From positions 68,798,788 to 68,862,787 of the forward strand of contig CM120640.1 of NCBI GenBank assembly GCA_051362555.1: 64,000 nucleotides of DNA, written 5' to 3'. Both the position numbers and the translations under genes were made by a program. Position 1 is the stretch's first letter. Each line of letters starts with the position of its first letter. This document shows, piece after piece, positions 38,801-53,800 of this stretch. The notes under the pieces are model-generated. The model made no database searches. It was not told the DNA's origin and was given only the letters and a program-made list of their open reading frames with translations. This DNA comes from Lingula anatina. Lineage: Eukaryota > Animalia > Brachiopoda.

Positions 38801-41800
38801 ATCCGCGTGGACTGCCAGAAACCTCCATGAAATCTACTGTGAAAAGGGATTTGATATTGATATGGATGGATGAGACCATTCTGGAAGAAAGCAGAAAGAT
38901 ATTCAGATTTTCAGTATAAGCTTTATAATGGTTCTGAAGTTAATGTGCTGTGTTTTGCTATGAGCATTGAAGACAATATGAGATAATTGTTATTTGAATA
39001 AAATTGATACAATGTTTCAACATTGTTTTGTGTTGTCCAGGTGTCATCTTTAAACCATATGCACATAAAAGTACATGCTATGACAAAATATTCACATTGA
39101 CATAACTACACACATGTAACATTGAAAAACATTATCAGTGAAAAAAAAAAGCTTTGCATGATTTTAAGCAACAGAACATTGCATAGACTTTTGTAATTAT
39201 TTCTACCACAGTTGAAGTGATGTGTACATTGTTTGATGTAGCCGTTCTTTGTTTTTCCAGGAATTAAAAGTGAACTGGGCCACATCCCCTAGCAATGCAC
39301 CAAAACAAGACACAAGTAGTAAGTATGGACTACTACATAAAAAGTAACAACTTCTGTCCTTTTTATTATCATCACTGCCAAAGAGGTTGTGTTTGCTTTT
39401 GTTGGTTTATTAAATAACAGCCTGGCTCAAAAGTTAGATATTAATTAGATTTTAAGGATATGTCAGTAAAAGGCCAACATGGAATCGGTTAGGTTTTGGT
39501 AGCGTTTAATTCAAACAATGAGAATTGAGATACCGTGGTGAAGGTCTTCGCAGTGCTTTTCTAGTTGCAGTTGCAAGGTACTTGAAACTGTAAGTGTGAT
39601 CATTGTTTTCTGCTCTGGCTTGTGGCTTATCTGTCAAACTGTTCTTTTGGGAATGGTCTCATTATGAATTTTATCTGAAAAAGATTTAGGCTTTTTTTTT
39701 TCTGAAAAAAAAAAGCTATGTAAATGGAAGGAAATCTTTATGAATACCTTGGTATGTGATATTGTGATGCAGGACTCAGTAGATATTTTGGAATCCTGCA
39801 TCACTATATGTGAAGTTTTATTAGGGTCCTTTTCCCCCCAATTTTTATGAAATCAAATTTCAGTCTGCAACGTTGAGGAAACTTTTTTCTTTCCCAGAGA
39901 GATGACTGGTTCAAAATGGGTGGTGATCCATTCTCTCCTCGCTTGTAAATGGCCTTACTTATTGAACATTGAATTGATAAGTTTGTAAGTTATCATTGAC
40001 AATAACATTTTTCACAGACTTCTAGGTGATCTAGAACTTGTCAGCCATGTAGAGAAGTTGATAGCTAGCCAATAAGCCATTCAGCAGAACGTTTTAGTTC
40101 AGTTTGGTTTGCGCAGTGTCCCATTTGATATAAATGCATTTAAGTTGATTTTGTGTGATTTGGAATAAATAGTTGTACAGTATAATTCCCTGCTGGCATA
40201 TTCCTGGATGCTTTTCATTGTATTTTGGCAGTTGTGGTTCATTATGGCCGTTTTGTTTTCCCCAGTGATACAGTCTGCCATTTATATGATACAATCCAGA
40301 AAGGGGAATTCTCCCTCCCCTTCCAAAGTCAGATATTCTGGCAGACCTATACACACCTGTCTCCTGCCCCCCCCCACCCCCCCCACCCCCCTTGATTAAG
40401 AGGGAGGGGGAACTCGACAGCAGCTTTGCCAGAATGACATGGTGTTAGAAAATTGTCTGTCAAATGATCTGGATCTGATCTTCAAAAATATCTCCGTGCT
40501 CTATCGATCCTTTGTGAAGGCAATATCTGCTTCTCTCAGCCATAGCACCATGACCTGACAATGAAATATATGATGGCATGTTAGGGTTAATTTGCCATAA
40601 TGTTAAAAGATACAGTTGTCACCAGAAGAAAATCGTAAAATACTCATCGGCCCTTTATCTCCTCTGATGTCATTTGGAGGTTTTTTCCTGGAAAATAGAT
40701 TATTTTTTCAGCAAATGGGCCATCCATGAAAAATGGGATCAGCTGGCCATTATGGAGCTACCACAGTGTTCTCAGCCAGTAGAGGTGGCACACAAAAGAG
40801 AAATATTATACAACTTTTATATCAGTGCAATTTCATACTATCTTTCCTTCCCTTAGTGAATTCTTTACCTCTATAAAATGTTTTGTTTTGCCATATCTCA
40901 TGAAAGAGAAATTTTTGAAGGAATTGCACATTTCTTTCCAAGTTGAAGGAAGTGGAAGAGACAAAAAGTTTACAGAGGATAAATGATGTTACAAAAGGGA
41001 AGAGTCCTATAAAGTGTTCTATCTATTAAATGATCCAATTCAGGCTAGAGAAAAGACTGAACACAGTATAACCTGGCAAGCCATGGTCCTCATACAGTGA
41101 TGAATGGACATTGAACATAGGTTTTCAAAATGTAAAGTTGAATAATGGATCATTCCGGCACATCTTAATGGTATATTGACGTGATATTGACAGTATATTT
41201 AGCTGTGAACTGTATGTCCTGGGTGTCTGAGCATTAAACTTTTTTCAACTTTCTTAACTGTTTCACGAAACACATTATATAATTCAAGATTTTAATTTTA
41301 ATGTCAAACCAATTATCTTGGGATTTTCATGAGGCAAATGAAATGATTCAAGATTTTAAAACTAATGTCAAACCTGTTATCTTGCAATTACCTACGGTGG
41401 GACATTACTAAAATTAGAACAATACAGAATTATTATGAAGCATCTATGCAACGTCCTGGTTAAATGGCCAACGTATATTAATCATAATCACCCTTAAAAC
41501 AGTCAATTTACTTTTAAGACCCCTAAAAGAATACTTGTCTGAAGGCAGAGTTTGACTGGTCAGCATTGGGTAAATGCTGGTGATAGTAACATGAAAAAAA
41601 ACATACTTAACAGGACAGAGTTGACACAGGACTTGGAACTTTTTCCAGAGAAAAGTGTCAAAGTGAGATTGTCACGTAAATGTGACAAGGTTAACTGGGG
41701 ATAGTGCACCTTGTTAATAAGTAAGAGTTCACTCTTCTGGAAAGATCAGTTCCCCATCATTTTTCTATGCTGTGTCATTCTCCTTATAATCCAATACATA

Positions 41801-44800
41801 ATTGATGCCAGCCTGACTAAATGATGGGACTTTGCAAGATTGATAACAATGATAATCTGTGTGTTCATCATTTTATAGGAAAATGGATACACCCGACTGC
41901 ATTAACCTTTGTGTGCGTTTACCCGAGTACCGTTCTCGTGGCTCTCCCAGCGTTTATTCTTTTCACATGTTTTATACTGTTGATCAATACTGCATTGAAG
42001 AATGATCTGTTTCCAGTTCTCCTGGAGACTATTGGGGATAATGGACAGTTTTCATCCAATTCTGGTGATAATCTACCGCCACAATAAGTGGCATGGTTTA
42101 GTATTAACAGTTATAGGTAGGAGAGGAGACCTACAGAATGATCAGGGTTGGTGTGACCCAATGATTTGTAGTGTTAGCAGATTATATGAGATTAATCAAT
42201 CAAATTATCCTACAGCTATGAAAAAAAAGTAATGCGCAATCCTTTAAATACAAATTGATAGCTATTTACACCAGTCTGTTGCGACATATTCGGTGTTATT
42301 TTAAATACAGGTAGGGACAGGGTGGTGGAATAGACAGCCCATTGCTGAAGTTATTAACAAGTCTCTCTGATCCATATTTTTAATGCCTTTTCTTACCCTT
42401 CCTAATGAGTGAGTTGTATCAGGAAGAACAAACACAAAACCAAACATAAGCACAGCAGCTGTTTTGATACAATTTGCAAACACTGAGAGGCAAATTTGAT
42501 CAATCAGCCATCATTAGTTCAGCCTGGTTGATTCTATCAATTTAGTAGCCTGCTCTGGCAGATTATGTTGATTTTCTTGAAGAGAGGGATTAATTATTCA
42601 TACTTACCACTTAGCTTGTTGTTAGGCCTATCAAACTTCCAGCAGTTCAATGCAGATGCTGGTTCTTTATGTTAACTTTATAATTGCCAACAAGGTCGTG
42701 GTATCAGTTCTGAAGGCAATACGTCCCTTTGTTATCCTTCTAGTCTTGGGAGAAGATCTTGTTTACTTAATTAGAAAGTAAGAGTTTAATTTGCAGCAGC
42801 TCCTAATAATTGGAAGAAGGACATCTAAGAAAAGAACAAAGTTACTTAGTAATGCTGTCAGTGACACACAATAATGTTTAGAAATGAGATAAATGTTGGT
42901 TGTATCAGTTGCCTTTTGAAAATTGGTTTTTAGACTGAAAAAAATCTTGCCTGTTAGCAGAAGATATGAAATTAATCCCCCTGTTTCAGTGTGGGTCATC
43001 CCCATAGCAGACCTGAAAGAATTGTTTCGGTCACTGTATAGCCTGGTGTCAGAAGAAGAAATATGATTGAATCGACAAAATTGCTTTTAATCAACATTTC
43101 ACACATCCCACGGGAATGGCAGAGAGTACTGGTCCAATAAAAAGAGCAATTTTCACTAATGCATACCTGTATCAGAGAGACAAGCACTTTTTATGGGGAA
43201 CATTACATCAATAACTTCCTAGCTATTAAGGATCAGGCCATTGCTTTTAGTTGACTTCCACTCATAGCAGCTCTCACTCTTTCTCTCTCTCTCTCTGTTT
43301 TGTTTAGTGCCAGATAAGTGCACACACACACACACCCATCAACTGCAATCCCTGGGTGTTTGTAAATAGAGCAAATTGGAAAGTTTTCCCTAGATGTCTT
43401 TGAATATTAGTAAGTCAGAAACACAAGGCCAGAGTGAGATGTGGCAAAGCTTTCCTGTAATGTTGCTGCAATTAATTTTATTACAGGCAGAAAACAGGGT
43501 TTCTATTTTATTGATTGGACTGTGTCTGTGGTGGGAAATAGCTAGGCAACTGTGACTTCCAAACAAGATATCATTTTAGTTTGCTAATAAATCATTAAAA
43601 TTTTATCATTGCTTTTAGTAACTTCCTGGGACTTTCAGCCAAGGCAGAAAAGTTAGAATATTCTTGTCAGTGAATTGTCATTTGCAGGCTCATAATTTCC
43701 ACATTTTCAAAATTTGTTTATATAATTTGTTATTAAAATCAAAATAATTAAACAATTGTTATAGTACAGAAATTTATTTACTTTTGATATCAATCATTTG
43801 AACACATTTCATGATTGTTGTTGTTGTGACCTACTCCACTTTATTTTCTCATTTTATATTCAAAGTTTTCATTCTGATTTTCAGAACATTACCATGTATT
43901 TGTTGGTGATCTCAGCCACGATGTCCAGACACATCAGCTGCAAGCTGCTTTTGCTCCATTTGGAGAGATCTCGTAAGTAAATCATCAAGATCCTGTCTCT
44001 ACTTTATCACTCTTGTGATAATGTGTAATTTGAATGTGAAGTATCATTAACTGTCATTACCAGTTAAAGATTGTTCCGTTCTCTTTGACTTCCAAGGCAG
44101 AGCCAGGCTACCAATACCGAGTCTTAAGCTTGCCGTATTACTTATTATTCCCCAATGAAAAATGAGCAGCAGCGATAACTTGCATTGTGACACAGTCCTA
44201 TGTTCTTTCTGTCACTTATCATATTGAAACTGCATATCATGTGTCATTAATTTTTAATCATTATTAATCAATGCGATATAATGATATCACAAGAACTTCT
44301 CAATAAATTCTTTGATCCTGCAGGGAACTAAGGGACTCAGGCAGATTATTAATTACTTTTCTTTTGTTTGATTGTAACGGAGCACTCAGAGAAATAAGAA
44401 AAGTGTGACTTGACAGTTGCATGCGCCAGAACACATGCTTGTCACACACGGTCCAGTCCCAAACCCTCCGAGGTACATTTCTACTAATTTCAATATACAT
44501 AAATTAGAATCAATTGTCTTAAGAGGTATCCTGTTTCTCCTCTGATTCCCTGTCTCTTGCTTACAGCATGGCTGCAGCCCTAATAGGTATTCCTTGGTGT
44601 ACTTTGAGTAATAGAATTGATTACAGCTCAATGAAATTTGATTTTTGCGTGATTGTGTTTTAAACTAGACCTCCAGTTGTTTTGCAAATTATATCGATTC
44701 TTTCCTGTGAACAACTGATATATATGATCAGAGTTTGACATGGAAAATTGATTTTGTGGAGACTCGGGGGTTCCGTCTTAAATCCAACACTGCCTCATCC

Positions 44801-47800
44801 CTGCTCTCCCGGGACGTCAAAATGAAGAAAGGAGAGCTTTCCCTTAAGCAGGAAAGGGTTATTTATTTATTCAATTACCGTGAAAGAGGTGGTAGTATCT
44901 CTCTACAACCCACAGGGAGTAGAGAAATAATCCCATTGCATGCTGCTTCATAATGTGAGAATGAGAAGTGCAGCAACTGTCACAGCACATTATGAATGCA
45001 AGTACATGTTGCTTAGTGATTCTGTTATAAGCTTGTATTATTTGATTAACTTTTTTTCAAGGGGAAGGGGAGATGAAACAAATTTTGATGACAACTTGCA
45101 TTTAAATATATGTGGGTGTGTGTGTGTGTGTGGCAACTTAAATTTCTGCCTGTGGGATATAGATCATTGAACAGATTTGACATCAAAAGGGTGTGTTATC
45201 CAGAAGGTTCTAAAACTAATATTTGAGTGGGTAACATGACGTGGCCAATTCATTTCCTCTGAATATTCAGCACCCTGCAGTCTGTGCATGCACTTTTTTC
45301 AAGAAAAAAAAATCAATGGAATGTGATGGTTTTGGACATGCCCTAGCTTTACAAGCTTTACATCTGTACTATATATATTATTGAAAACAGTAGGCTAGGT
45401 TTAAATAGATCATACCCATGAACAGTCCCTGAAAAGTTAAATTGGAATTTTTGTCTATTTCTTTTTGAGAAGAGGGCCATCTTTGAGTATTTCTGAGTGT
45501 TTTTCTTTCTTTTTTTTTTAATGATTGGATAAGAAAAGTGTGTATCACCTTCAGCATGCACTTTGTGGCAATGCCTTAATGTCAACATATGAATGTGCAA
45601 AAAAAGGTGTCATTGTAAAGGGCAAGAGGTTTTTTTATGCCCAATCCAGAAAAATACAATAAGAGGGAGAAAAAACAATGTTCTGGCTATATAAATTAGA
45701 GATTGGTCATCTTCATATCGATTTATTCATGTTTGAACGTCAGAAGCAGCAGTATTAGGGAATAAAGTCAGGCAAATAATATATAAAATGTTTAAAAACC
45801 AGTGCCTGACTTTGCACTAACAGTATTCAAAGAGGGGTTGGGTTGTAGAAGGGACACATCAACATCAACAGACTGCTGATGTATGGCATAGAGGGGTGGT
45901 TTCTGCCAGTGAAAGATATAGTTTGATTATAAAATACTAAAATCTTATTAAATATTGTGAACATGAAGTGGGAGAAAGCATACCTATTTTATTTGGTGTT
46001 AATTTGATTTTTTTAGACCAGGCCCCCGTTTCACAAAAAAACTTAAGTCGGTTTCCCTGACTTAGGGCTTGGTTACCAACGTAATTAAGTCGTTACGTCA
46101 CTAAGTCCCGTTTCACAAAAAATCTAAAAGGTCGCTTACGTCGTTTTTTTCTTAGCTGTAAGTCGACGATGTCAAGCCTCCTCGGGAGGAGACTTAAGTC
46201 GGCAAGCTCAACTAAAACTCGGTAAATAAGAGCATAAACAACAAAAATTTGGAAAGAACATACCTCCTTCAAGATATTGTGTTATAACATCCTTGAATAG
46301 CACTGACATTTATGGAATATTAAAATAAAAAATAAAATTCCAATTTACCCAGCCGATCGCGTGTTTGTTTATGTTTTTGACCGCTAGACGTCCCTCAGTA
46401 GTGTTCCACGACAAGCTAATGTTTAACTGTTACTTTGAAGTTGTATTGAAGTTAAACTAATCAATAAAGTTCAAAAACAAACTTTGTTTGTGTTTTGGCT
46501 GACTTTTATTGTTGATAAACAATGTATACATGGTAGTGGTTGAAATTATAAAACTTGAATAATGTACTCTAGTTGAAAATGCCCAAAAATCTTTTTCCTT
46601 GTTCCTTACCATTATTTTTGTGAAATAGAAAAATACCTTCTTGCAGCAAATGATAATAAGTAATAAATAATAAAAGATTAAAGATTCATCATAACTTCAT
46701 TAGTATGAACAGAAAAGTACCGAGTCTTCGTTGCACTTATCTGTGGTGGCTGCCTCAGTTTAGCAGGCCCCATGAGATCAAGGTGGACGTGGAGATTCTC
46801 ATGTCACTTTCACTTCCTCAGAATTCTAAGTAAGAATGAGAGCTTGTTGACCAAGTACCGATAATGGCCCTATGAAGGTAACTGTCTCTGACAGTTTAGA
46901 AAAAAAAGCACCATGATAACCGCATTTGCTTTAAATTGTTTGGCAAAGTAGAATGGAAGATATTGGTCTCCATGGAATCCATTTGCTGCTGAGATGCCAA
47001 GAAATGCAAATTTGATGAGTGACTTAAGGCATTTGATGCATAACAAATGTGGCCCTATTGTCAGGGGCATACCAGTTGTTGCTGTCTATTCTTGGGAACA
47101 AAATTAACTTGTAACAGTATAGAGAAAGGTAGGAGATACAAATGACTCTTCATCTCTTTGATTAATTGTGTATTAAGTTCAGCTGCTGGCCATTACTCCA
47201 ACAGATGTGAAGAAACAACATAAAGCTAAAGGCAACTTTGAGATGTTTAATCTTGTTTTTTTTCTTGTTTTTATTTACTACAGAGCTATAGGACCCAATC
47301 AATGTATTAAAGGGCTCTGTTACCGAGTGTTTTAACAGGAAAATGTATGTCTTTTTTTTCAAAACTTCTTTTTGATATTTTTTGCTATATTTGTCAGTTT
47401 ATTCTTTCAACTTAACACTCTTTCCCTGATTGTTTTCATTTTCCTCAATTTTCATTGGGACTGTTTTTACGATGGGTGAAGGTTTTTTCTCTCGCCATTT
47501 GGCTTGAACATGGTTGCTTTCAAATAGCATATTATCCATTTTTACTGCTAAAATGTGCATAAATATAATAGAAAGATTAGTGATTTTTCAGTTGAATTAA
47601 AGCTTCCTGGATAATCTTATTTTTATCTAGAAGTTTGATATTATAAGAAGATATTTTACCTATTATGAGATACTTTAAGCTTTGGCATTGTAGTCAGAAG
47701 TCGAACCAGAGATTCAGAAAATTTTAAGAAGCATGATGCAATTCACCACATGTTATAAGCTGCACACCATATCTACCAGGCCATGGGCTAATGCCATGTT

Positions 47801-50800
47801 TTGAATTGTAATATAGATATGACACATGTATAATTGTGCTATGTCTCTGGTTCAACTTCAACGCTTGTTTTGTTGATTTTTCCTCTCATGTTTGGTATTG
47901 TAATGGTACTACTAGTAGTTATTGTTTAACCTCAGTCAATTGTGAACCATAACCCAACAGGCCTTCCCAACTACCAGACTCGGCACCTACGGGTCCAGAA
48001 TAAACCGGTATATCTGACCACATTACCCGTTTTCAAGGTGTGTGTCAGATCGCATAAAAGAGTATCATACCCTATCACAAATTCTGTAAGCCTACCTGTC
48101 ATCCGGGTATCGCGCCTCGTTTTCGTCAAGTAGGAGTCGTATGAATACAACAGACGACTCCCTCAATCAGGGGGTGGAAACGCGCTACTCATATGATTAA
48201 GACGAGCCTATTGTTTTGTGACCTTGAGGAGCAATTAGGTTTGGTCGTTGCGGCACGCATCAACAGTAGTTGAACTACCACACCTGGGTCTTTTGTTTTT
48301 GACAACTGTTCACTCGTCATCGAGGCGCTTGTTCAAGACTACAGGCTGATATCTACTAGTACTACCAGTGGCTTCATTAGTAACGTTCCCACAATACTTA
48401 AGTTTTCTGTCCGTGCGTACAAACCCTGAAAAAGGACAGCCTCGCTGACGAGAACAATGGACGTTTCTCGCCCCTCTCTAGGATTACCCCTGCCCTCAAT
48501 CTCGTCCATCCCGGTAGTCACGAAAATATTTAACCCCCGAAAGAATATGCTTCTGCTATCAAAATTAGGTCTACTTTTCTAAATTAATATATAAGTTTGC
48601 AAGTTCTTATTTACAAAACATCATTGGCTATGTCCGAACCTAAATTTTATGTTAAAAATTGCGGTACTGTCAGATTTTAGCATAAACAGAGAAAATTGCA
48701 GCAGCGCATGAATCTAGATGAGATGCACTACTTTCCAACCCCGCTTAGGATCATTGCTATCACATCGCGCTCCAGGCAAAATCGGTGTGGTGGCTGATAC
48801 TCTTTAATGCGATCTGACACACACCTTGAAAACGGGTAGTGTGGTCTGATAAACCGGTTTATACTGGACCCGTAGGTGCCGAGTCTGGTAGTTGGGAAGG
48901 CCTGACCCAAGAGGCAGCTGGGGTCTGGAAGTACCTGTGTAAATACCCAGACATGATTTTCTCTCTTCTTTTTTTCCCCGATTTATTTCAGAAATCTGTC
49001 TTTTTTTTTTTTTTTTTTTTTTTGCGGATTTCTGCCCTAAGCAGCCTGCAGAATCCCAGTCATAAGACCACTGAGCCATTTCTTCCTACTTTTTTCTTCT
49101 AACCCAAAATCATGTCTGGATACCCTTCAATGCACAGATAATTCAGAAAAGAACGAGGTGAATGTCACTAACACTTACTGAATTTTCAACATCCTCCTTT
49201 ACATACATAATACTGCAAAGATTGGAATATCTCTTTACAAATTTTGTGGATGGAAAATGTAGCAGAACATACAAGATTGATTAATGCAAGTAGTGAAGTG
49301 TATACAGATGATGACTACAATCAACAAGTTAAATGACGCATTTTACATTGTTACCGCTTGACGGATGTTCATAACTGAATATAAAGCAATCTGTTTCGAG
49401 TATGCAAAACTCAATTTATCATCTGAATTTGGTATCTGTCGTTGTGAGAAATATTTTATAAGAAATGCTGATGATCACTAGATCTAAAAACCCATTACTT
49501 AAAATGATGAAAGCTTTGTTGCTATGTGTATTGAAGGGTTTAACTGCCACTTTGCTCTATGAATCTAGACTGAAGTAACATTTATCTACTACCAGCTGTT
49601 ATAAATGTGCAGAATTTTGATACATACAATATTTACAAGCCATATAATTTGCTGGAAAAATCAATTTCTCCAAAAATGCTAAACTGTTGATTATCCTATC
49701 AAGTGTACGTTACAGGTTGTTTGCTAAGTAATATCTCTTCACTGTGTCAGCACAAAAGATGTATTTGGTTCATTTGCAATCCCATTGGGCATTTCGACAT
49801 TGTAAGTTGTAATGAGACTGGCAACCCCGACCCCTTGAATTGTGTGTTGATTAGCGTTAGATGAATTGACATTATTTCACCTGGCTGAGCACCTGCTCGG
49901 TCCGGCTCATCCAGCTCAGAACTGTGCTTCACTAGATCCTCGGAAGTCGGGAGAAAAGATCCCATCCTTGAACCAAGGAATCGATGAGTATTAGGTTACA
50001 CAGAATAAGCTGTGTTTTGTTAGGGAAGCCTGGGGAAGTGCATCTGTTAAATAAATAATGTTTTCAAAAATTAACTACAAAGTAATGCGCAGAAAAGGCT
50101 TTGCTTGTTTTTCTGTTTGGTATTGATAGCCATTACAATATCCATCAGAAATATAATGATTTTTTCCTAATGGTGCAGTGGCTTTCTTTGTTAAAGAGGT
50201 GATGGTGTTTCTTTGAAAGCACTCTAGATGATATGATGATTAAATTCTGAGCCACATTATGGAAGGCATGCAAATTCATAAGTAAACCATTCTGAATTAT
50301 CTCAAAGCAACCTGTCTCCAAGGAAAATATGTTTGTAAATGCAGCTGAAAAGTGATTAGTTTTACGAAAACCAGGAGATACATTGCAAATGATGTTGTCT
50401 CCTGTATTATTACTATAATCTACACGTACAATGAATTCCTATCCCAACCAACTTGAAACGTTCATTTATTTGTCTGCCTGTGCAAACTTTGAACTCTGCC
50501 ATATTTGTTTTCTTCTGTACTGCACATATGCTTGCCGATTTTGGAGGATCTTTGACTTTTGAATGCCATTAACCCTTATATAAAATTTGGTATTAGAGAT
50601 GTGTGGATAAATGACTGATGTGCAGCACCCATTGTTAACTTGATCCAATATAGCATCCAGTAATGGGATATTATAGCGAGAAAAGTTATTTCCTGAGTAA
50701 GAATACCTTGTCACCTGTAAATTAATTTAATCAGAGAGAAATAATGTTCTGACCATTATAGCGTTAAAGTTAATTAGCAGTCAGTCCAGGAAGAAAGTGC

Positions 50801-53800
50801 GGAGGCAGTTAATCAAGTGTGAACAACAGCCAGTCATATTTGTGAGAGATATTTGAAAACCCTCGCGAACAATATGTGGCAAATAATGTCTAGCAAAATT
50901 CGATATTAGAGGTGTTAAAATGGCTGTTTTTTCATTGTCATATTATTGCCTGAGTAAATATGCAGTACATTTCATAAATGATCATCTTTTTTAATTGCAA
51001 GGCTAAGTTATATGTATATAGATTTATGTGTATGTATTTAAATATAAATATAGATGCGTATAGATATCTACATACTTGTACTAGTAATTAGACCTGAAAT
51101 ATTGTGTTTAACTTCTTGATCTCCTTCCTTATATCCTAACCTCTTTTTACATCCTGTTACTTTATATTCATCCCTCCGTCTACTAAATTGTCTCAAAACC
51201 AGAACAGTTTTTGTAAGTATTGCTGTTGTCTCCATTCTAATCATTTTTCTTTCCAGAGATTGCAAAATTATCCGTGATCCACAGACGTTAAAATCAAAAG
51301 GATATGGCTTTGTCTCGTTTGTCAGGAAAGTGGTGAGTAATTATTAAAGTTTGATATATCTAATATACAGTGTTTGTCCTGCGGGCCATGGTATCAGGGC
51401 GTCTTAGAAATTGTGTTTCATATAACATGTCATTACTGATAATGCCCTTATGTGCTATGGCATTGAACACAGTAACTATAATGTGCACCATCAAGGCTCT
51501 GTCTCTATACGGTAATGGCTGGATCTTGTCAATTGGCAAAAAATATTAAACTTTCAGATACATTATTTCATAATCACAAAATTATATTTCTATAAAGCAT
51601 TAATTTTGTGGTGCTGTTACAGCATAGAATAGAACTATGCATTTAATTTTGTTGCTTCCAATCAATAGGAATGATCTACTTTTAAGAAATTCATACTTAA
51701 AAGATACAGTATTTATAAAGTTCACAATTTTCCCCAATTGAAAAGATCGAGCAATTATTGTATTTTCTGTGAATAATGAGTAAAACACTCAAGTTGATTA
51801 GAATGCTGGCATATACGGCTTCTATGTGCTTCCTATTTTTATGTCACTGTATATAATCTGATGACCTGCCAGACAATGTGATTGATCTGAGTGTGTTTAG
51901 GAAAGGTTTGTACATTAAAGATGAGCTCAGGTGAAAGTCGGTTTTCTGCTCAGAAAGATTTTGCGGGAAAATTCATTATTTGTTGAATGTGTCATGTCCT
52001 TGATATAGGTGGAGTCGACAGTCACAAGAAATGGTGTTTGTGTAAATTTTTTACAGAAAATAATGTTTTGCTGATTTTCTTCTTTTATTTAATGTGCCAT
52101 AAAAAATTACAAAAGCTGTTGGATTTTGTGAGAAATTATTAAAAACAGGAGAGGTTGGTTAGTGTAAGGAAGGGTGACTGGCTGACAAGTCTGGAATACT
52201 TCCCAGGTAGTCAAAATTATACCAGTATTTTGAGTCATACTTTACAGGCTCACCTGGACACCCCCCCCCCCCCACACACACACACACCCACACACACACA
52301 CACACACATGCACACACAACATTTGGTTAGTGTTTATTTTGAATGTTTCTCTCTCTCCAGGATGCAGAGAATGCTATAAAAGGAATGAATGGGCAATGGA
52401 TCGGAAGCAGGCCTATTAGGACAAACTGGGCCACACGAAAACCACCAGCTCCTCCACAAAAAGAAGGTAGAACCCCACATCCAATGAGCGGTATATTTCA
52501 CTTTTACTTCTCCTTTACAAGCATGACAAAAATTTTCCCAAGTTCAAAAAAAAAAAAAAAAAAAAAACCCCAATACAAGAAATTATTTTCAAACACAGTA
52601 CAAGAACAACTTAAAAAGAATTGGAAAGTTGGGGAAAATGATAAAGTGAAATATTGATAGAAAAGACCCAAAAGGAAGTGTTTGGGGACTTAAGTGGAAA
52701 TATGGCTTGCTTGTAAATCCAGCGGGGACATTGACACGCGTTTGTAGTCGTGCGTATGGATATTTATAAGTTGACTGGAAGACAGTGATGGGATCATTTT
52801 GTGATGGTAAATTGACCAAAACTGTTTGGAAGGGGGAGAAATGTCAAAGGAGGTCAATTTGCCTTTTGACTACTTGCACTAAACTGGTTTGATTAACATG
52901 AAAAAGATGCATTAAGAATCGATATCTTCCTTCATATTTAATGTATGGGGGTAATTTCTCAAAATTTTATGTCAGCTGAGTACTTACTTTAGGTTCCCTA
53001 AGTACACAAGCCAATTGCCACTTTTTTAGATTACATATGCTAAATGTAGAAAAAAAAGAAAAGAAAAAAAGAGAAACCTTGGGGAAATTTTTTGAATGTC
53101 GACTTGACATCCCATGGAGTCTATTTCAAGATACCACGTAAGCACCTCATTGGAAAACTTTTTGGACAATGTCTCATTCACATGTGGCTTATGTCCTAAT
53201 TCTGCATCTAAGCTTGGCTTTCACAGAAAATGGATTTATATATATATATATATATCTTTTTTGTGTTTTTTGAATTATTATTAGAGGTGTATGAAATAGA
53301 GATCATGTGCATGTTTTGTTTATTGTTGGTTACGTTTATTTTTATTTTACATTTTAAGTGTGCATTTCAGTATAATTTAAGCTCACTCTGTCATATTTGT
53401 TTTTCTCCAGTATACGACCTATGCTGGTTGGACAAAATAATTATTCAACAAAAAATGATGCCAAATTGGCAATATGTTTTTTTAGCCAGTTTGACCCAGA
53501 TAATAGCTGTGGCGTCTATTTTAAGTGCTTTTGTAATATCTTGGTGTATTTGGATATGCTGAATTCCTTGGTTTTTAATAACCATGCCCAGCATTCCTGA
53601 TGTTGGCCAAGTTCACTCTGCACTGGGTTTATGTGGCAAATCTTCCATTTTTGCTTTCATGTTTTCAATCTGTAATTTTGGACGTAATGTATTTGTACTT
53701 GAAGATATCTTATTTGTAATTTTGAATTAATCATTTATATTGCATGAGTTGGTGCATTTATATATTTGCATGGTTCAGTCTTTTTATGCCAATTCAAATA

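Noticed and set aside
39759-39809. Small hairpin GTGATGCAGGA...TCCTGCATCAC
   Set aside because: The 11-bp core is too short for a pre-miRNA, and it lies near decayed repeat sequence.
41281-41385. ~40-bp local direct duplication (similar case at 5564-5665)
   Set aside because: Ordinary slippage-type duplication with no functional signal.
47942-49079. Similar ORFs ([13 protein letters not shown]) on opposite strands
   Set aside because: These are just the two TIR arms translated.
53230-53600. 110-aa hydrophobic ORF and acceptor at 53410 in TIA1 intron 8
   Set aside because: Explained by U-rich intron composition; no convincing donor.
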